Shown: positions 39,317 to 55,100 of the stretch, piece by piece
Layout of the letters: each line of letters opens with the position of its first letter
Position numbering within the stretch: the first letter of the stretch is position 1
Assembly: GCA_030141605.1 (NCBI GenBank)
Contig: JAQGDQ010000257.1
Location: 1 to 64,000, forward strand
DNA from: Tubiluchus corallicola
Lineage: Eukaryota; Animalia; Priapulida
Direction: 5' to 3'
DNA length: 64,000 nt
The notes under the pieces: generated by a model
What the model was told of the DNA's origin: nothing
The model's input: the letters and a program-made list of their open reading frames with translations, nothing else
Database searches by the model: none
Made by a program: the position numbers and the translations under genes

Positions 39317-41212
39317 TAATGTCCAAAAGTGTCAACACTGCGAAGCACTAGGCCAACCGTGGCTCATTGCAAAGCAAATATCATAATGCCCTGTTGCTTG
39401 GGCAAAAAGACCAAAGGAGACGAACAATATCAAGTGCGGGATGTTTGCACTGCCTCGAATAAATTCTTGCGTGAATTTCAAAACTATGTACACTTCTTGT
39501 ATTTGGTTGTTATACGTGATTCTACCGAAAATTAACATTACAAAATTTGAAATCATTTTAGCGCCCTGCATCCGGCCGAGCAAACGTACCACACAAATAT
39601 CACATTCAATGAATTTCTCAAATGGGAGTAATTCAGCAACAGCAACCTAAAAACTATCAACTCTTGAAGGGAAAGCGATTACTCGATAATTCCTGTATTA
39701 AGTAAGAACAAAACCCAAACAAGAACGGCAACAGCAATAACAATGCAAGTAAATGCTACAAATCACATTCTGGGATGAAAAATGAGCTGCCAATTCCCGA
39801 AGGAAAAGTGACTGTGTGAAAAACGTTTCGCATTTCACTCCATTGTTAAGTCAAAACATACCGTAATAACAACAATAGCATATATACGAATGGCATTAGG
39901 TGTGCCTAAGTGTCCATTACATGCATTGCAAATAAAGGTACCGCAACCAGTTTCAAGTCAAAGAGTTCCCAGGTTATCGAACTCGCTGATTAAACTCAGT
40001 AGCCATAGTCAAGTGACCACCCCCTGTGGTTACGGGTCTACGTTATATTGATTATGTATTGTGCAGAGAAATTTAAACGGTATGCAAACTTTTCAATGGT
40101 TTAGAGGTTCCCGAAAATTCTGTCCCTTTGTACAAGCGTCAAGAACAGAGATGGACACAAGGAAAGGTTGTGTTCCTGTTCGATTGACAGGCAGTGATTT
40201 GTCTGATGATTTAGTTCCTTGCTGTTATCTGTGACACACAGCTGCAGGCAAAACTGTCGTACTTAACATGGCTATATTATAATCTTACAATTCACTCTTT
40301 GCTAAATGGGTATATTTTTTGAGCCTAATAAATAATATATAAATAATAAACGATGTTTTGAATACTGAAAAAACGCGCTGCGTTTAGAAAAAAACGCGTA
40401 TTCTTCACTAAGTTTTAAGACATAACAACAGGTACAGAACAGCAAACAACTACAGAAGCTGTGGACCTGTTCATTCAAATGCAGGTACTTGCTTTCTCTT
40501 CACTTCAAGCATCTTTTTCACAGGTAGATTCCGAGAACATTTTATATTCAGTAAACTATCTTGGTCATGTACTAGGTAATTATTAAATATAAATAAGGTA
40601 ATGTAAAACCTCATTGTTGACAGTAATGGCACTCCGCATTATTTATTGACGACAATTATATTAGCTGTTAACTTGCTACAAGTTTACTGAATTACCAAAA
40701 TTGGCGTTTAACCATGCTAGCGTCCTGCTCAGAAACTCGCTTCGCTGAACTTATAATAATTATAGCATTACCCTACTGTACAAATTCCAATACCGAAACG
40801 AGTTCCAACAACAACTCTTCCTAAGCCGAAAATGACATGGGAATAACCCAATTTCAGGCAGACACACAACAATATTGCTCTCACAGGCTTGCATCACAAC
40901 CCCAAATAATGTAGGAACGGGTGGAAAACTGGGTCGGCAACAAATCTGCTAAATCATCACTTTTAAACGCTCAGATTAATGCTAGCCATTAAAACGCACT
41001 ATAATCGTTGATAAATTATCAACCGGAGCGCCATTATACAGGCTGAGAAACTTGGCAGTTAGTAAACATCTGCGTACAGCATGCCAAGTGCCTGGCTCGG
41101 TCAAGGCAAGTGCGTGTGATGCTCAGACATGCAAGTTTACGTACAAAGTAAACAACTGAAGTGGTAGTGTGGTACTGGCCTGCACTTCCTTCAAATCTAG
41201 TTCTATTAAGTC

Positions 41213-41368
41213 TTCAACGTGAATGACAATGCGAATATCGGTTCACAGTGCAGCACCCAAACATAATTTAGTGCTTTCTTCTCTCTCACATTCAACGTGA
41301 ATGACAATGCGAATATCGGTTCACAGTGCAGCACCCAAACATAATTTAGTGCTTTCTTTTCTCTCCCA
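41213..41368. repeat. 78-bp direct tandem duplication
   Basis: TTCAACGTGAATGACAATGCG...GTGCTTTCTT at 41213 and again at 41291. Confidence 0.92.
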
Positions 41369-41394
41369 CACACACGCATAATGTCACAGCACAA

Positions 41395-42249
41395 GTCACA
41401 GGTAAAAAAATCACAGGAAAAAAGGCACAGGAGAAAAAGAAATAACTCTAACTGTAACCTTTACATTTAAAAAAGTGAGAGATAATAGGTCCAGTAGCAA
41501 ACTGAATGAGTGACACAACGATGAACTTGAACGAACGAAGGTCAAAGACTAAACTATAATTAACCTGTAGATAAAATAATCAGTTCGGATCGTTTAGAAT
41601 TAAGCCAATTGTGATAAAGGCTGATACACTGACCTACAATACAACAATTCCACCAATAACTACTGGAAATTAGTGCACCATAGACCTACAGACTATGCTG
41701 AAAGCATTTTCTTCATGCCGTATGGTGAACAGCAGTATATTATTTGTTCTTTGTTAATGAATAGAGCAAAAATGTCATTAGATAAAATTCGTATTGCAAG
41801 ACACACCACAACCAGTTCAGTTTAGCTCAATGTCACCAAACTGCTAAATTAAACCAAGACAATCAAAAATGTTTCAGTAACTTACACCAACTATTGTATG
41901 AATCCAGGTAAAACAGTCAAAAAAATCATAAGAAAAAAATAAATAATTCTAACCCCAACCCTAACCCATTGAAGAAAACATTTTTTACACACATATAATG
42001 CCATCACATATAAACAGTGTGTCAATATGTACAAGTTACATATTGCCAGTTAATAAATACTTTCTGTTTTATTATTTTAACTGACTTGTATATTTTTGCT
42101 TGCTTGCTTGTCTTTATTTCCTAGTCAAAACGGTGATTTTTTTTCTGGACACCATAAATTAATTGCAACTTTTCCTATGATTTTTTCCCTAGCCCAGTAT
42201 TAGACTTTTTTCTGTGATCTTTTTCCTATGACTTTATTTTAGGTCACCC
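41395..42249. mobile_element. Degenerate MITE-like element with subterminal repeats
   Basis: (TCACAGGAAAAAA)-type repeats on the left, inverted (TTTTCCTATGA)-type repeats on the right, and an internal CTAACCCCAACCCTAACCC. Confidence 0.45.
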
Positions 42250-45200
42250 GTTGTACATTGAGTATGTATACGCTGTATTAAAATACCATACCATACCATA
42301 AATTTACACGAGGCTTACCAGTTCTCATCAAGTGGATTAAAGTTAGCCAGATACAATACACAATGTAACATCACTATTAAAATATTATTAGCAGCAGACT
42401 AACAGTTAGATTGTTTTTCTTTTCAACTTTTGCACATGTACTGGACAATAGTTTAATACTTGTCAAATTAGCTAAGTGCAAGTAAATACACTCGCACATG
42501 TGGCGACATGAAACAAGACTTGTCCTAACATGTTTTCAAAAAGTTTAATTGTATTTTGTTGTGGACCCTTGGAATTCGCTTCATAGTGAAACAGTTGGCG
42601 CATCAAATCTGCTGCAATTTCAGAAATTGCTGAGGTCAGACCGTCAATAACCGTGTTATGGTTAGGTCTCTTAGACTTCGCAAGCATTTTGTTCATTTGC
42701 TCCATTTATGATGCCATTTCGTGCATGAATGTTGATGAAGTTACCATTCTGTAGTGCAAGTTGTTTAATTTTACCAAAAGCTGACAAAATATCATGTAAA
42801 TCACTAACTACTATAACTTATCATAGATAGCTTGCAAAACAAATATTCATTCCACAGTACTCAATATTTCTTTTCTTGTCTTCTGCAGTCTATAAAAGCA
42901 ATCTTAACTTTTGATAAGCCCACTCTTTCGCCACCCCATCATTACATAGTTTACTGGAAATTTACATAAAAGGAAATTTTTAGTAATTTAAATAATTCAG
43001 TAATTTAATGTAATACTTAGACGGATGTATTGAATATTTCACAATTCAAGAACCTGAGGGAGAGGCTATTTTGTAACTGTTCTTGCTTGTGTTAAGACAT
43101 GCTGAAACTAGTATTTCACATATTCATAGCAGACTTACTTATTTTATTAGGCCTATATATTTAGTTGAATTTCAAACTGAAAAGTTGACTTGGACTCGGC
43201 ATTATAATACATTAATTTTGTACTGCAAATGCCCAAGTTCGTTTGCAAAAAAATGTTTGAGCAAAAATCACTAAAATTAATTTTAAGTTTAGACAAAAAC
43301 AAGTATTGGCTTTCACACAAAAATAAGTGTGAAAATTAGATTAAGTAACGGCTATTACGCTTCGCGTAACCTCAACATGGTTTATTTGTTGCGTTTCTGG
43401 TAACTAAATTAACAGGAATGCACTATGCTATAATATGTGGTACTAACAAACAGTAAAATCATTCTTGACAACAGTGAACAGTCTTAACCAGTAGGATTTT
43501 GCTTATCTAATGCAGCTGTAATCTTATCATACTTACAAAAGTTGTGGATCTATCATCAGATGAAAAATACCAAATTACTTATTTGGAAACATTATCATCA
43601 ATACAGAATCACACAAAAACAAACTGCTTTCATCAGTAATAAGCTTCACTTTGTTATTGTTCTGCAACGATGTTCACTTGTTTAACCTATTATTTGCTTT
43701 GCAGTGCCATCTATCAACTGGTTCCTTACCTAAAATCAAAAATCAATAGTGATGCCTTTACATCACATTCTCCAACTTTTTTAAAGATATTTTTATTTAA
43801 TTTGCATTCGTATGCATCAGACAGTGTTAAAACAATGCATATTACTATGCAAAATGAATTTTTTGTGGTATTGTATCAATTCTCATATGAGACTTTTTTT
43901 TCAAGAGTTTTAAACAATGTACGCAAAACTTCCTCATTTTTTATTAAACAAACATTACATGTATTATTAAAAATATTATTTTTGTCATGTAGTGTTCTAT
44001 TTAGGATTGTTCTACATTGCAATGTTCAAACCTGAAGAAGTGTGACTGTGTCACAGTAAAACTACAATTTTGTAGATTTGTAATTTTCAGAACAGCTTTA
44101 ATGGAACCTTTTTCTTCACTTTTTCTAGAAAGTAACTCAAATGAAATTTCCAGTTTGTACAAATAAAACTATTTATTTTGAAATTGAATTTGTAATATCC
44201 ATCGTTGATTTTGAAAAAAATCAACAATTATTATAAAATTGTTGGTGGGATCTCTATTTGTCTACATTTCTATCACTAACAACAAACAACAGTAATAATA
44301 ATTATTGTAAAAATATACAGTAAGTGTCTGTAACATTTATACAATGAATTGATTACTACAAATAACAAAGTCTAGCGGATGTCATTTACAAGGGCCAGAT
44401 GGTAGATCAAAATGGCATTGAAACAAAAAACACCTTCCCAATGAATCGGGGTAGATCTACCTCTGGGACGGGTAACAGACTGGACGATTCCTGAAACAAA
44501 TATACACCTATATGCAATTTCAGTACCTATATATACACAATAAAACATGGTAGTTTTCACTGATCTACAAACAAATTGTAAAAACAAAATGTTCAATTTC
44601 ATAAAAATCCACTTAGTGAAAACGTAAAACATATAAATGCCTATAATTTCAAATTAACGTAATTGTACTCGTTTAAAATAATTTAGGAAATATCAAAAAG
44701 TAGTGATTCAACTGAAATCTAAAAATCAATAGCACAGCTATTGGAGAACTAAATTTCGTGTGACAAAATTTCATTTACAATCATATAAAATAAATTTACA
44801 TATTATTTACAAATGATTGGTAACAACAATTAACATGACGATAACTACAAAAAAACAAGATCACTAACAAACATACAATGGTTTGCAGAAAAATGACATG
44901 AACCCTGAAAATGAATAACCTATATACCTATACAACATGTCATGTCACATGAATGCCAAAGGTCAAAAAACGTCACATGAAGGTCAAATGTCAAAAAACC
45001 CCGAACAAGTCAGAAAATTTTTGGAACAAAGCCAATTCTTAACATTCTGAAAATGACAAAATTTTGCACAAGTCGAAAAAATTTTAAAACAGAAATGTGA
45101 AGAATCTTAAAAATGACCCTTCATGATTCAACAAAGATAAACTATCAATAAGTGCAAATGTAAGTACGTACTTTAATAATGTAGAACTAAATAAGCTCTT

Positions 45201-46148
45201 TTGGTCAGTTAGGCACTCATTAGTATCGACTGGTATATTAATTAATTATTGCATATTTCTTTGAAGTGGTAGTTAATGAGGTAAAATAAGAAGTACAAAT
45301 GTGTACTTAATTAATCTTCTGCATACTATGTACAAAAGTATTTAAACTAAAATTATAGGATTCATGCAAAACTGTAATGCAAGTCCAAATTACGTACAAA
45401 ATTAAGCGCCAGGTTACACCGTGAAACATTCTAAAGCCGCTAGTAAATTCAGACCTGCCAACTTTTGCGCATTAAGCATGTGTCACATCTGCATATGTAT
45501 CAAATATCAGTTGTCACGCATCCTGCAACTTCAGCAAGTTTAGCAATCATCTGGTTGCCTTTGCCATCATTCCAACCACAACACGCATTTAGTAGTACGA
45601 CTTTCAATAATACAATTATTGAAAATTAAGCACTTTTGGGTACTACTGAGCATAATTCACATGTACAAAAGAACATACTTATATATAGATCATAGTAAAC
45701 TGCAATAACAGCTTAAGAAACATCAGCAGTACCCAAAAATTACCTTAATTTTTTCTGCCTAATTTTTTTGATAATTTGATTTTAATGTCCAAAATTTCTA
45801 CGTTTCGTTTTCATTTTTACATCAATGGCCTGAACTGTAAATTTACATAAAATTATATCCAATCCAGCCTCGTATTTTGGTACATAACATAGGCGAACAG
45901 GAACACGATAAAACAAGTGAAAGACAATACAACCGAGCTACTAGAAGGTAACCAGTTGTCAATGCGCTACGGATAGCAATCATTGGTCGCCATCATACCT
46001 CACTGGGTTCAGGACTTAACTTGTCACAGATTGAAATACGGCGACAGTTTACAGTTAAATATAATGCAGCTCTCTGCAAATATGCAACGAAAGCAGAAAA
46101 ATGAAGCTGCACTATTGCAATTGCAACTTATTAGAGAAGCCATAATAC

Positions 46149-49100
46149 TTATATGGAAGTCTCAGTGGGAGGAGCTTGTAATACTAGAGGAGCTCTGCTG
46201 TCCATCGAAGAGTCCTTCGATCCGTCATATGCTTCATTAGTGTACGAAGACGAACTAAGGCGTGGATTGTAAGCTGACTCATTCACCACGGTGGCAGTGT
46301 CATAACCTGGAGGCACCTCTACTGCACTAGGACCGTAGCTTGGTGCTTGACTAGGACCAGGAGACATCGGGATAGTACTACTAGGTGCAAGACTTGATTC
46401 TCGACTCGTTTCACTGGGTGCTAAGCTACTAGCATCAGTCGACATGCTAAACCGGTCCATCTGCTCCATGCTAGCATACGGATGTGAAGCAAGCGATCCG
46501 TGCTCACTTTTGTCAATGTAGTCCACTATCGAGGACGTGCCATCATAAGGACCACCTTTGCGGAATCCATATGGCTTCATTTTCATTGGAATTTCACTTG
46601 CTCCACCGACAGAAGCCGTTGATTCTGTATCACGTGGATCGCGCACCAGGTCGCGGCCTGGTTCCAGCTGATCCAGCATATCCTGATATGAGCGTTGTGT
46701 TTTGATGTGAGGTGGAGGCAGTTTGCGCCTTGGAGCTCTTGGCATTGGACGGCTATTTAACCCTTCTAATGACCTAACTGGATGAGGCTTAAATCCGACA
46801 GGATATCTATGATTAGGATCCTGAAAATATGGATCGGGTTTGCGAGGTTTATTTAAATGCTCTATAACTGCTGATATGCTTGTTGGAGACCTGCGTCCTC
46901 CAGCAGGATAAGCTGGTGGAGGACCGTGTTCATACGGGAGTTTCTCTATGTCTTTAAATGCCATATTATCACCATTTGGCTTGCGTGGAGTTTTCTGCAT
47001 CCCTGGCTCCTCGTCAATAGTATCAGCATAAATTGGCACAACACGTGGTTCTGGTTCTTTTTGAGGTTCGAGCGGCATCTCATCATCGTCTAACATCATG
47101 TCGTTGTCAACAATATATTGATATGACCTTCTTGTTCGTGGAACATCTCTGTCGGGGGTTTTGGATCGAACGCTCGACGCAGGACTGCTGCTTGGAGAGC
47201 TCTTACTTCTGCTCTTTGGGCTCGGTATTTTAACATCCACTGGTGGCACTTTGTCATACTCTTTGTCAGACTTTTTGTCAAGGCTTCGCAAACTCGCATT
47301 AATAGCTGCCTGGTTCGCATATATTGGACCATCGTCGAATTTTTCTGGAGTTCGGCGCTCAGCTGCTAAAGCGGCCATTTTCGCTCGTTGCTGATCTAAG
47401 TCTAAGAAAACTCTTTCTGTACTGCCATTTGGCTGCTTTGTTTCCTCCAGGTCCTCTTCGTCGGTGAAATCGCTAGAAGCACAAGAGTCTGACTTCTCTA
47501 TTGGCGGTTTTGCAAATGAATCAATCGACTGACCAACGGCACCTGGCTTCTCAAACGAGGACAGCGAGTTCCTTGAGGATCCATTAGGAATACTGACATT
47601 GACCTTCTGTGTTGAATCCATGGTGTTCATGTCCACAAAAGTCACATCAGACATTTGTGCTCGTTTCATCTCTTCCTTGCGGCGTAAGCTACCCTCTCTG
47701 ATTGACCTCCTGCAATAAAATTACAGCAGTAAAGAAAATGTTAAATAATTGGTAATAATTCTTAAATACTACAAACCTGCAGCACTTAACCCTTTCACTA
47801 GGTAGTTGCTTTTTAATAGGGCCGCATTGGTTTTTGCACATTTAACAATAACTTCTTGTCTTACTAAAACAAAATATTGTACATAAACAAATAGACATTT
47901 GTTATTAAACACTAATATTGAATATTAGTTTCATTCATACACATGCTGACACATAAAAGCATTCAGGCCCGCACGCACGTACACACCCACACAAATAAGC
48001 ACATTAGAAGCTAATTTTCACAAAAGTCATATTACTAATCCATAATATGCAATTATATTATAAGAATGCAGAACAAGTGATTAAACATACATTTCACAAA
48101 CTATCATCAAGTCATTTTGCAAGATAACATACTATGCAGTACAGTATTATGGAATGCACCTGGCTTCAGACGCTGATTGGCTGGTTAGCGTTACTTGTTG
48201 CAAAGCAACACAATCTCACAGCTGTTAAACTTTTCTACTATGTTTTTGCATGGCCGTAGCAGTGAAATAAACAGACCCGAGTGACTGCGCTTAGTGCTGA
48301 GTTTGGGCGGCAGTCTGCTGCCATCTACCCCTTACAAGAAAAACGTAGGAGTCTACCGCCGACCCTTACAAAAAAATGTTGGCGGCAGAGTGCTGCCTTT
48401 CGTAGTGAAAGGGTTAAGCACATAAAAATGCTGCAGCATTTCATTAATAGTTATTAAAATCAAGGCTTCCTTTCAATGACAAATAAACAATTTGTCAATT
48501 TGCTCATGTCTGCACTGGAAACATCTAAGGTACAAATTTCAAGCAAGAGATTTGTCTCAACTGCCACTAAATTTGATGACTCGAAAAACAACTTCTTACT
48601 TCTACTGCAGAAGTTTATTTACAAAATGTAAGTTTTATTTTTGACTAGAGAGATAGTCTATTGACATATAGCCAACGGGGTCGATCAAAACAATGAAAAG
48701 CATTTCATACAATAGTTTGTATGATGTCTGGATAAATTTTGCTACTGCACATGGTATTACATGATTTTGTGACTGCATCAGACAGAACAGTTTTTCATTT
48801 TCAGTTAAAGCATTAAAAGTGGTAAATGCTGAGAAATGCTGTTCAACATAAAGTTGCGTGCAATGTTGGTTTTTGAACAGTACAATAAAAAATGGCATTC
48901 ATCTTCAACAATATTGCAAACATTACAAACTCGATTTTCATGTGGAACAGGTGCCAGTTCTAATACTCAAATGATGAGCACTAGTTCCAATTTTTGTCAA
49001 TGCCTTTCAACTTTTAATATTCCTAAATAAATGAGCAACCACTTTTCTAAATAAGTGACCGCCTCTAAATTCTGCTTAAATGACCTATAAAAAGATAATT

Positions 49101-52100
49101 TGCTCATAGAATATAAAGGCTCTCTCCATGATAGAATATAATTGCTTGCAGTCTCATTTCTGAAAGACATACAGTATTAAAATAGAGCAGTATTATGCTA
49201 TGTTTGAACAAAAAAACCATGTTAATTTGATGTAAAATACTTCCGAGTGAATCATACACCTGCAAATTCAGACTTCAAATGCCTCTTAGCACAGTTTACT
49301 TTCAGGTAAGTTGGGTAATCACGTTGCAAAGATTTTAAAATACTGTAAAATATTGGCTTGTATACATTTCGTTTTCTCGTTAATAAATTCAATGTATTCA
49401 CACAGGATGCATTATAAATTTAATTTAGAAATCACAGATGTAATTTTGTCTCACTAGACAAATAAAACATAAAATAAAAACGTAAAAGAATATGGCAGAC
49501 ACCACTAAAGCTTGATGGTTTGAGTAATGATTTGACAGTAGTGCTAAAAGTTGCTGATAGTTATAGAAAAAAATGTAATCAAGGTAAGAGAAAAGTTTGA
49601 TTTTTGGAAGAATTGTACTGAAACTAGTGCAGCAGAATCGGAAGTTCATAAATTATTATTCCATAAAAATACATAATCCAATGCTGTGACTTACACTTCA
49701 AAACAAAATTAAGGCGCTAAAATTAAGACATTAAAATGTTATAATCTAAATTGGCAAGTAATCAACTAATTAACAAAAACAACTTTACAAATTCAAAAAT
49801 TGAGTATCAGAAACATGAAATTTTGTAAGCTTACTCATTAACGAAGACAAAATTATCTGAATTAAAACTGTTCTACTACGAAGAAAATATTACAGATTTT
49901 ACACTTTATTTTACTTTACTTTAACTAAAAATGCACAAAGGTTTATGTAATATAATTCACATGTACTACAATAGAAGCCTACTTTAAAAATTAAAATGCA
50001 AGTAAAGCTGCCTACAGCCAAGGATTTGCCCATATTACATAAGGAAGAAACATTTAACAGTCTTGTGTAAAGCCCATTACACATTTATCATAATTTAGTT
50101 TTCCGAAGAAAATTGTAATGAAGGAGTTTTGAGTTTGCACAAGTCTGTTACATTTCTTTGTCCGCTGATATAGGCTTAAAATGTGTTCAGAGGCTGTCCA
50201 ACGCCAGCAGAAACTAGAAAAAAAGAGAAAAAGGAGAAAACGAAGGGTCTTATACGGCAGCTCTTCAAGAAACTATAAACACACAATAAGCCAGAATAAG
50301 ATAAACACAGATATATTAAACTGGCTTCCTTTCTTACATAGTGTGGTACCTGATGCTTTCCTTGCGTTCGAAATGCTCCTTCTCTCGTTGCTTGGATTTG
50401 CAGTACCAGCAGATGGCAAGCAGAATAATGAGAATCAACAAGAGGATTGCAAGAACAATGGCGGTGATGAGTGGCCAGTAAGCTAACCAGATCGACTCGC
50501 CATAGAACACAGGATCTATAAACAAAAGAAATCAATAAGTTGATATTACAACTTTTATATCCCACAACTTTTGTCAAAATGCATTGCTTCTGTATTGTTA
50601 CCAAGATGCAATCTAAAACAGTCTTAAATACAACAGCAATATTGTTATTGAGACAATAAATACTAGTAAACCTTTCATATAATAATCCCTAAATCACTAC
50701 TCAAAGTTGATATCAATTAGTATAATGGCTTACATACAATAATCAATGGAAAATAAAGTGAAATTTATCTTACTTTTTTCACAAATAAATGGGAAGCGAT
50801 AATGGCAAGGTGCCGTCTGTATAGAATTCCGGTAAATCATTGCACAAGCGCCTGTTGGCACGTCATAGCTGGCCACCCAAGTCATGGAATACTGCGTGTA
50901 GTTCTCTTGATTGTAAAATAGGAAAGGCAAAAAATTCACCACGTCAGTACGACGTATGTAAGGGAAGTCACCCTTTTCCCTCTGCAAAAAATACAACACG
51001 TATATACGTTTTCTTATATAAAAGTTCAGGCTCTATGTTAACGTAACAAAATAAATATACACTGAGAATGTCAATGAAAAAAATCTATAAAACATCTTGT
51101 AAAGACTGCATGTACAATAAAGAAGTGTTCAAAACAATTGAGAAGCTAAATCAAGGTGGATTTTCTCACCTTACATATTTCCCGGGCAATGTCATAAGGT
51201 GCAGCTCCTCCCATGTAAATGTGGCACGAGTTTCCCATGGCAACCCACCCAGGGTCACATTTACCACTGATGAGGGTCTCATTTGTTTCTAGAAATGGTT
51301 TATAGGTGACACCAATGTTGGTTTCATTGTCTTCTTTATCCCAAATACGACCACCGACGCCGGTCTCTGAGCTATAACCCCACCAATTCCAGCGTCCATC
51401 TACATTGTTTGGCCACACATCTAGCCTGAAAATACATAACAAATATTATAATGAAGCAAATTAAACACTAAACAGCACAATGCATTACTACAACAAACTT
51501 TACAACAGTAAATATAAATAGGTGCAAAAATATACTTCAAAAAAACTGCTAGCACTAACTTTTGACTAAATTCAATAATTTTAAATACGATAAGTTACAA
51601 AAGTGCAAAAAATGGTAAAATAAGTTTTAAAAAACCAAGTATAGTTAAGCTTGACTTATCTACTAGTAACAATGATGCAAAAACTACTAGTCTAAGTCAC
51701 TAAGAAACCTTGGAATGTCTTGTCAACTGCAATGCTTAAACTAGAAAAGCAGGACAAATACGCTTCCTAAATAAAATGCCAATTTATAAGGTGTCAATTG
51801 TACTTTGCAAAAAATATAAATTATAATCCAATAAATATATACCAGACTTTGACCTTATTCATTCATCTTGCATTTGTTCATTTTTCTTTATTATTACTTA
51901 CGTAGCTAAGCCATCAGACCGCTAGGAAAAACGACTGCTTTATATTGTATCAAAAACAAAATACCGAAGACTTTGAGCTCATTGAGAGACTTGTGGCATG
52001 CCCACTGCGGAGTTCACTAAGCTAAGTAGTGTCACTAGCTTCTCAGACAATTCAAATCGGGTTTACCACAAACGTTTTGCTATTCAGAAGCATGCAATAA

Positions 52101-55100
52101 TATGACAAATTGAGTCTACATAATTATAAAAAAGATGAAAAACATCCTACAATCTGCGATTCCTAATACTGTATTCCTGTTTTGTATTCCTAATACAGTC
52201 AACCCTTGTTAAACCGTACTAATTGAGGGGGTGGGTGGTCCGGTTAGCCGATTGTCCGATTTATCCGATATGCCTATATATGGTCTATATTATACAGGAA
52301 TAATCACCTTAATAAGGCCTATATAGATTGCACTATATACATTGCACTATATACTATACTGTATATTACTTTAAAATAGTTAACCTGTGAGGATAAAGAA
52401 ATTATTGTGGAGTTGGTAGGCCGCGTTGTGTTTAGTGCTCTGGCTCGGACGGAAATCGGTCAGTTTCCTTTACCACGGATGACGTCCGTCTTATCCGATA
52501 TCCGGGCTAACGGGGTCCGGTTTAACGAGGGTCGACAGTACTGCATTTTGATCATTCTTGCGGAATTAATGAATAAATCGAATTGAATTGAATTACACAA
52601 CTTTACTTACTCCGACTTGTTAATAGTGACGATCTCGAAATCGTTGAGCGGATTGACGAGGTAGTTATGCTGGTACATCTGAGGAGAATTGCCAACTGTT
52701 ATTGTTCCGCGGAAACTTTCCAGCCGAGTTTCTTTCCACTTCAGTCCCAGCGCCGTGTTGTTGTAGATGTAATTCGCCGAACAGTTCTGATGGTTTTTGG
52801 GAACAATACGATCGAACCCGTAAACTTCGAGCGTATATTTGCCGGTATTGTTAAAAACTGCAAAAATATCGGATAAAAATGAAGACTCGATGATGCATTT
52901 TAATTGTAAAAAAATGGTTACTAACTGGAAGAAACAACAAAACCCTACTACAACTGTAGAAAACATGCAACTGGTTAATTCAACAAAATATCTGATAGCA
53001 GTAATCATTACACACATCGTAAAGAGTTTTGCAAATGGTAGTAATTACAGAAGTGTGAAAAATTTGGAACGCACCTGTGTTTCGTGTGAAGTTTGACACA
53101 ATTTGAGCTATAAGCATCACATCGTATAAATCACTGGCATTATTCCAGCCAAAATAGTTGAAGCTGATCTCAATCCTCTCTTCCACTTTGGATCGTTTCC
53201 CCTCCAGGTACATGGCTTCATGCCTAGAAAATGTTCAAAATTAGCTCACCGGAATTTGTAAGAAACGACAAAATCAAATATATTTTGTTTCACTAGACTT
53301 TTATAAACAGCTATTAAAACAATTTCTTTCTATCATCAAATTTGAGCATTTTGCATAAAAACAACCCATCACACAAATACAAAACCTTTAGAATAATTAC
53401 TGGAAAGGAAAAATTTCAATGAAGTGTCTTATTAATTAGGCAAAGAACATAATATTCTAATATTACACCCAGTTCTAATTCTAAGTAGTGTGAATGTCAG
53501 ACTAACTAGCAAAAATGAAAATAGTTCATTTATAACAATGTAACCAAGAACAAAAAAGTACCTTAGTTATCACAAGCACAAGAGACTAATTGTTGTCATC
53601 ACATTACTTTCAAACATTTTACCTGATATTATGAGCAATCACATTATTTTTGATGTAACCCTGTAACGTATTAGTTCCCGAGAATGCACCAGCTGTGACG
53701 TGAAGGCCACCAGTGTTGTTATAGACCAGATTGTTCTGGAATTTCATCAGTCTGGTATTTTGAATATCCAATACTAAAAAAGCCAAAAAAATAAATTGAA
53801 CTCGTTTGTTTATCCGACAAACGTATAAAAATAATATGAAACGGTATAAATTCTAAAATATGTCAGCACCGAAATCTTTTCATTACCAAACTTGTCTCAA
53901 GATATTTATTAAAGATGACGGCAGATGACAATTGCACAATGTTTATGTCAGTAACCAAGAAAGCTGTATTCTTATCTAAACTAAACAATGTAAATAAGTG
54001 CAGAAACTTCATTCAATGCTTAAAAAGGCACATTAAATAATACAGCAGTAAAGTTAGCAATAAAAAATAAAACTCATCAGGAAAAATGCTGATTAAATTA
54101 TGACTTACAAGCTGCTGCTGACGAAGTGGTAAAATTATACAAGAAAACGCCATTATTCACAAAACAATTATCCATAACAAACAAGCTTGGCACGGTTTCC
54201 CCGACGCTGGCATATCTCAATCCACCTTTATCGTTGTTCTCCATGTAATTTGTTAAAATGAAATGCTGCAGATTTCGATCTAGAAAAACATTTTATTTAA
54301 CTAACTAAAAATTTGATGACTTTCTACAGGAACTAAGAAATAATTCATTTACACATGTTACGGTGATCATTCTCTACCACAAAGCGAATTTGAATCGAAT
54401 CAAATTTGTGCCTTTTAGAAATTTGAATTAATCTTCGATTCAATAACAAAAAGAAGTCTTACAAAAGTCATGTATATCGGTATATTTGTTCAGCTGTAAA
54501 TTCATTTACACATGTTACGGTGATCATTCTCTACCACAAAGCGAATTTGAATGAATTAAATTTGTGCCTTTCGAACTTGAATCAAACCGAATTTCAAAGT
54601 TTCGAATCAAAATCGAATTCAAACTCAGTTGTAAAGAAAGTTGAATTAATTTTTGAATCACTAACAAAAAGAAGTTTTACAAAGGTCATATATATATCAG
54701 TATATTTGTACGGGCTGTAAAAACACGAATAATTTATTAAAAAATTGCAGCTACATTGTGCTAATTGCACGATGCTTCAAACGTTTCAATGATAAAGAAC
54801 ATATGTAGATGAAGTGCTGAATTATTAGAATCGCTTAAAGGAAGGCAGGATGATTTTTCATATACTACCCCATTTTAAAGTACGGTAAAAAGTATACATT
54901 TTAACACCAATAATACTGTAAAAGCGTTTCTGATAATCAAATAATAAATTAAAATCTTAATTAACGACAGGCGAGCCCAACTAGTGATGACATCACAAAC
55001 TAACATAATTTTCAACATCAGAAACATTCCATGAGCGTGTCGCACGTGTTTGCAAAAACGATAATTGAAGTACAGTGCTGCTGTACTAAAACTCGGCAAA

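Noticed and set aside
40188-40250. miR-34-like seed (GGCAGTG)
   Set aside because: No complementary arm to form a pre-miRNA hairpin.
41948-41968. Interstitial telomere
   Set aside because: Only about 3 imperfect TAACCC units, located inside a MITE-like element.
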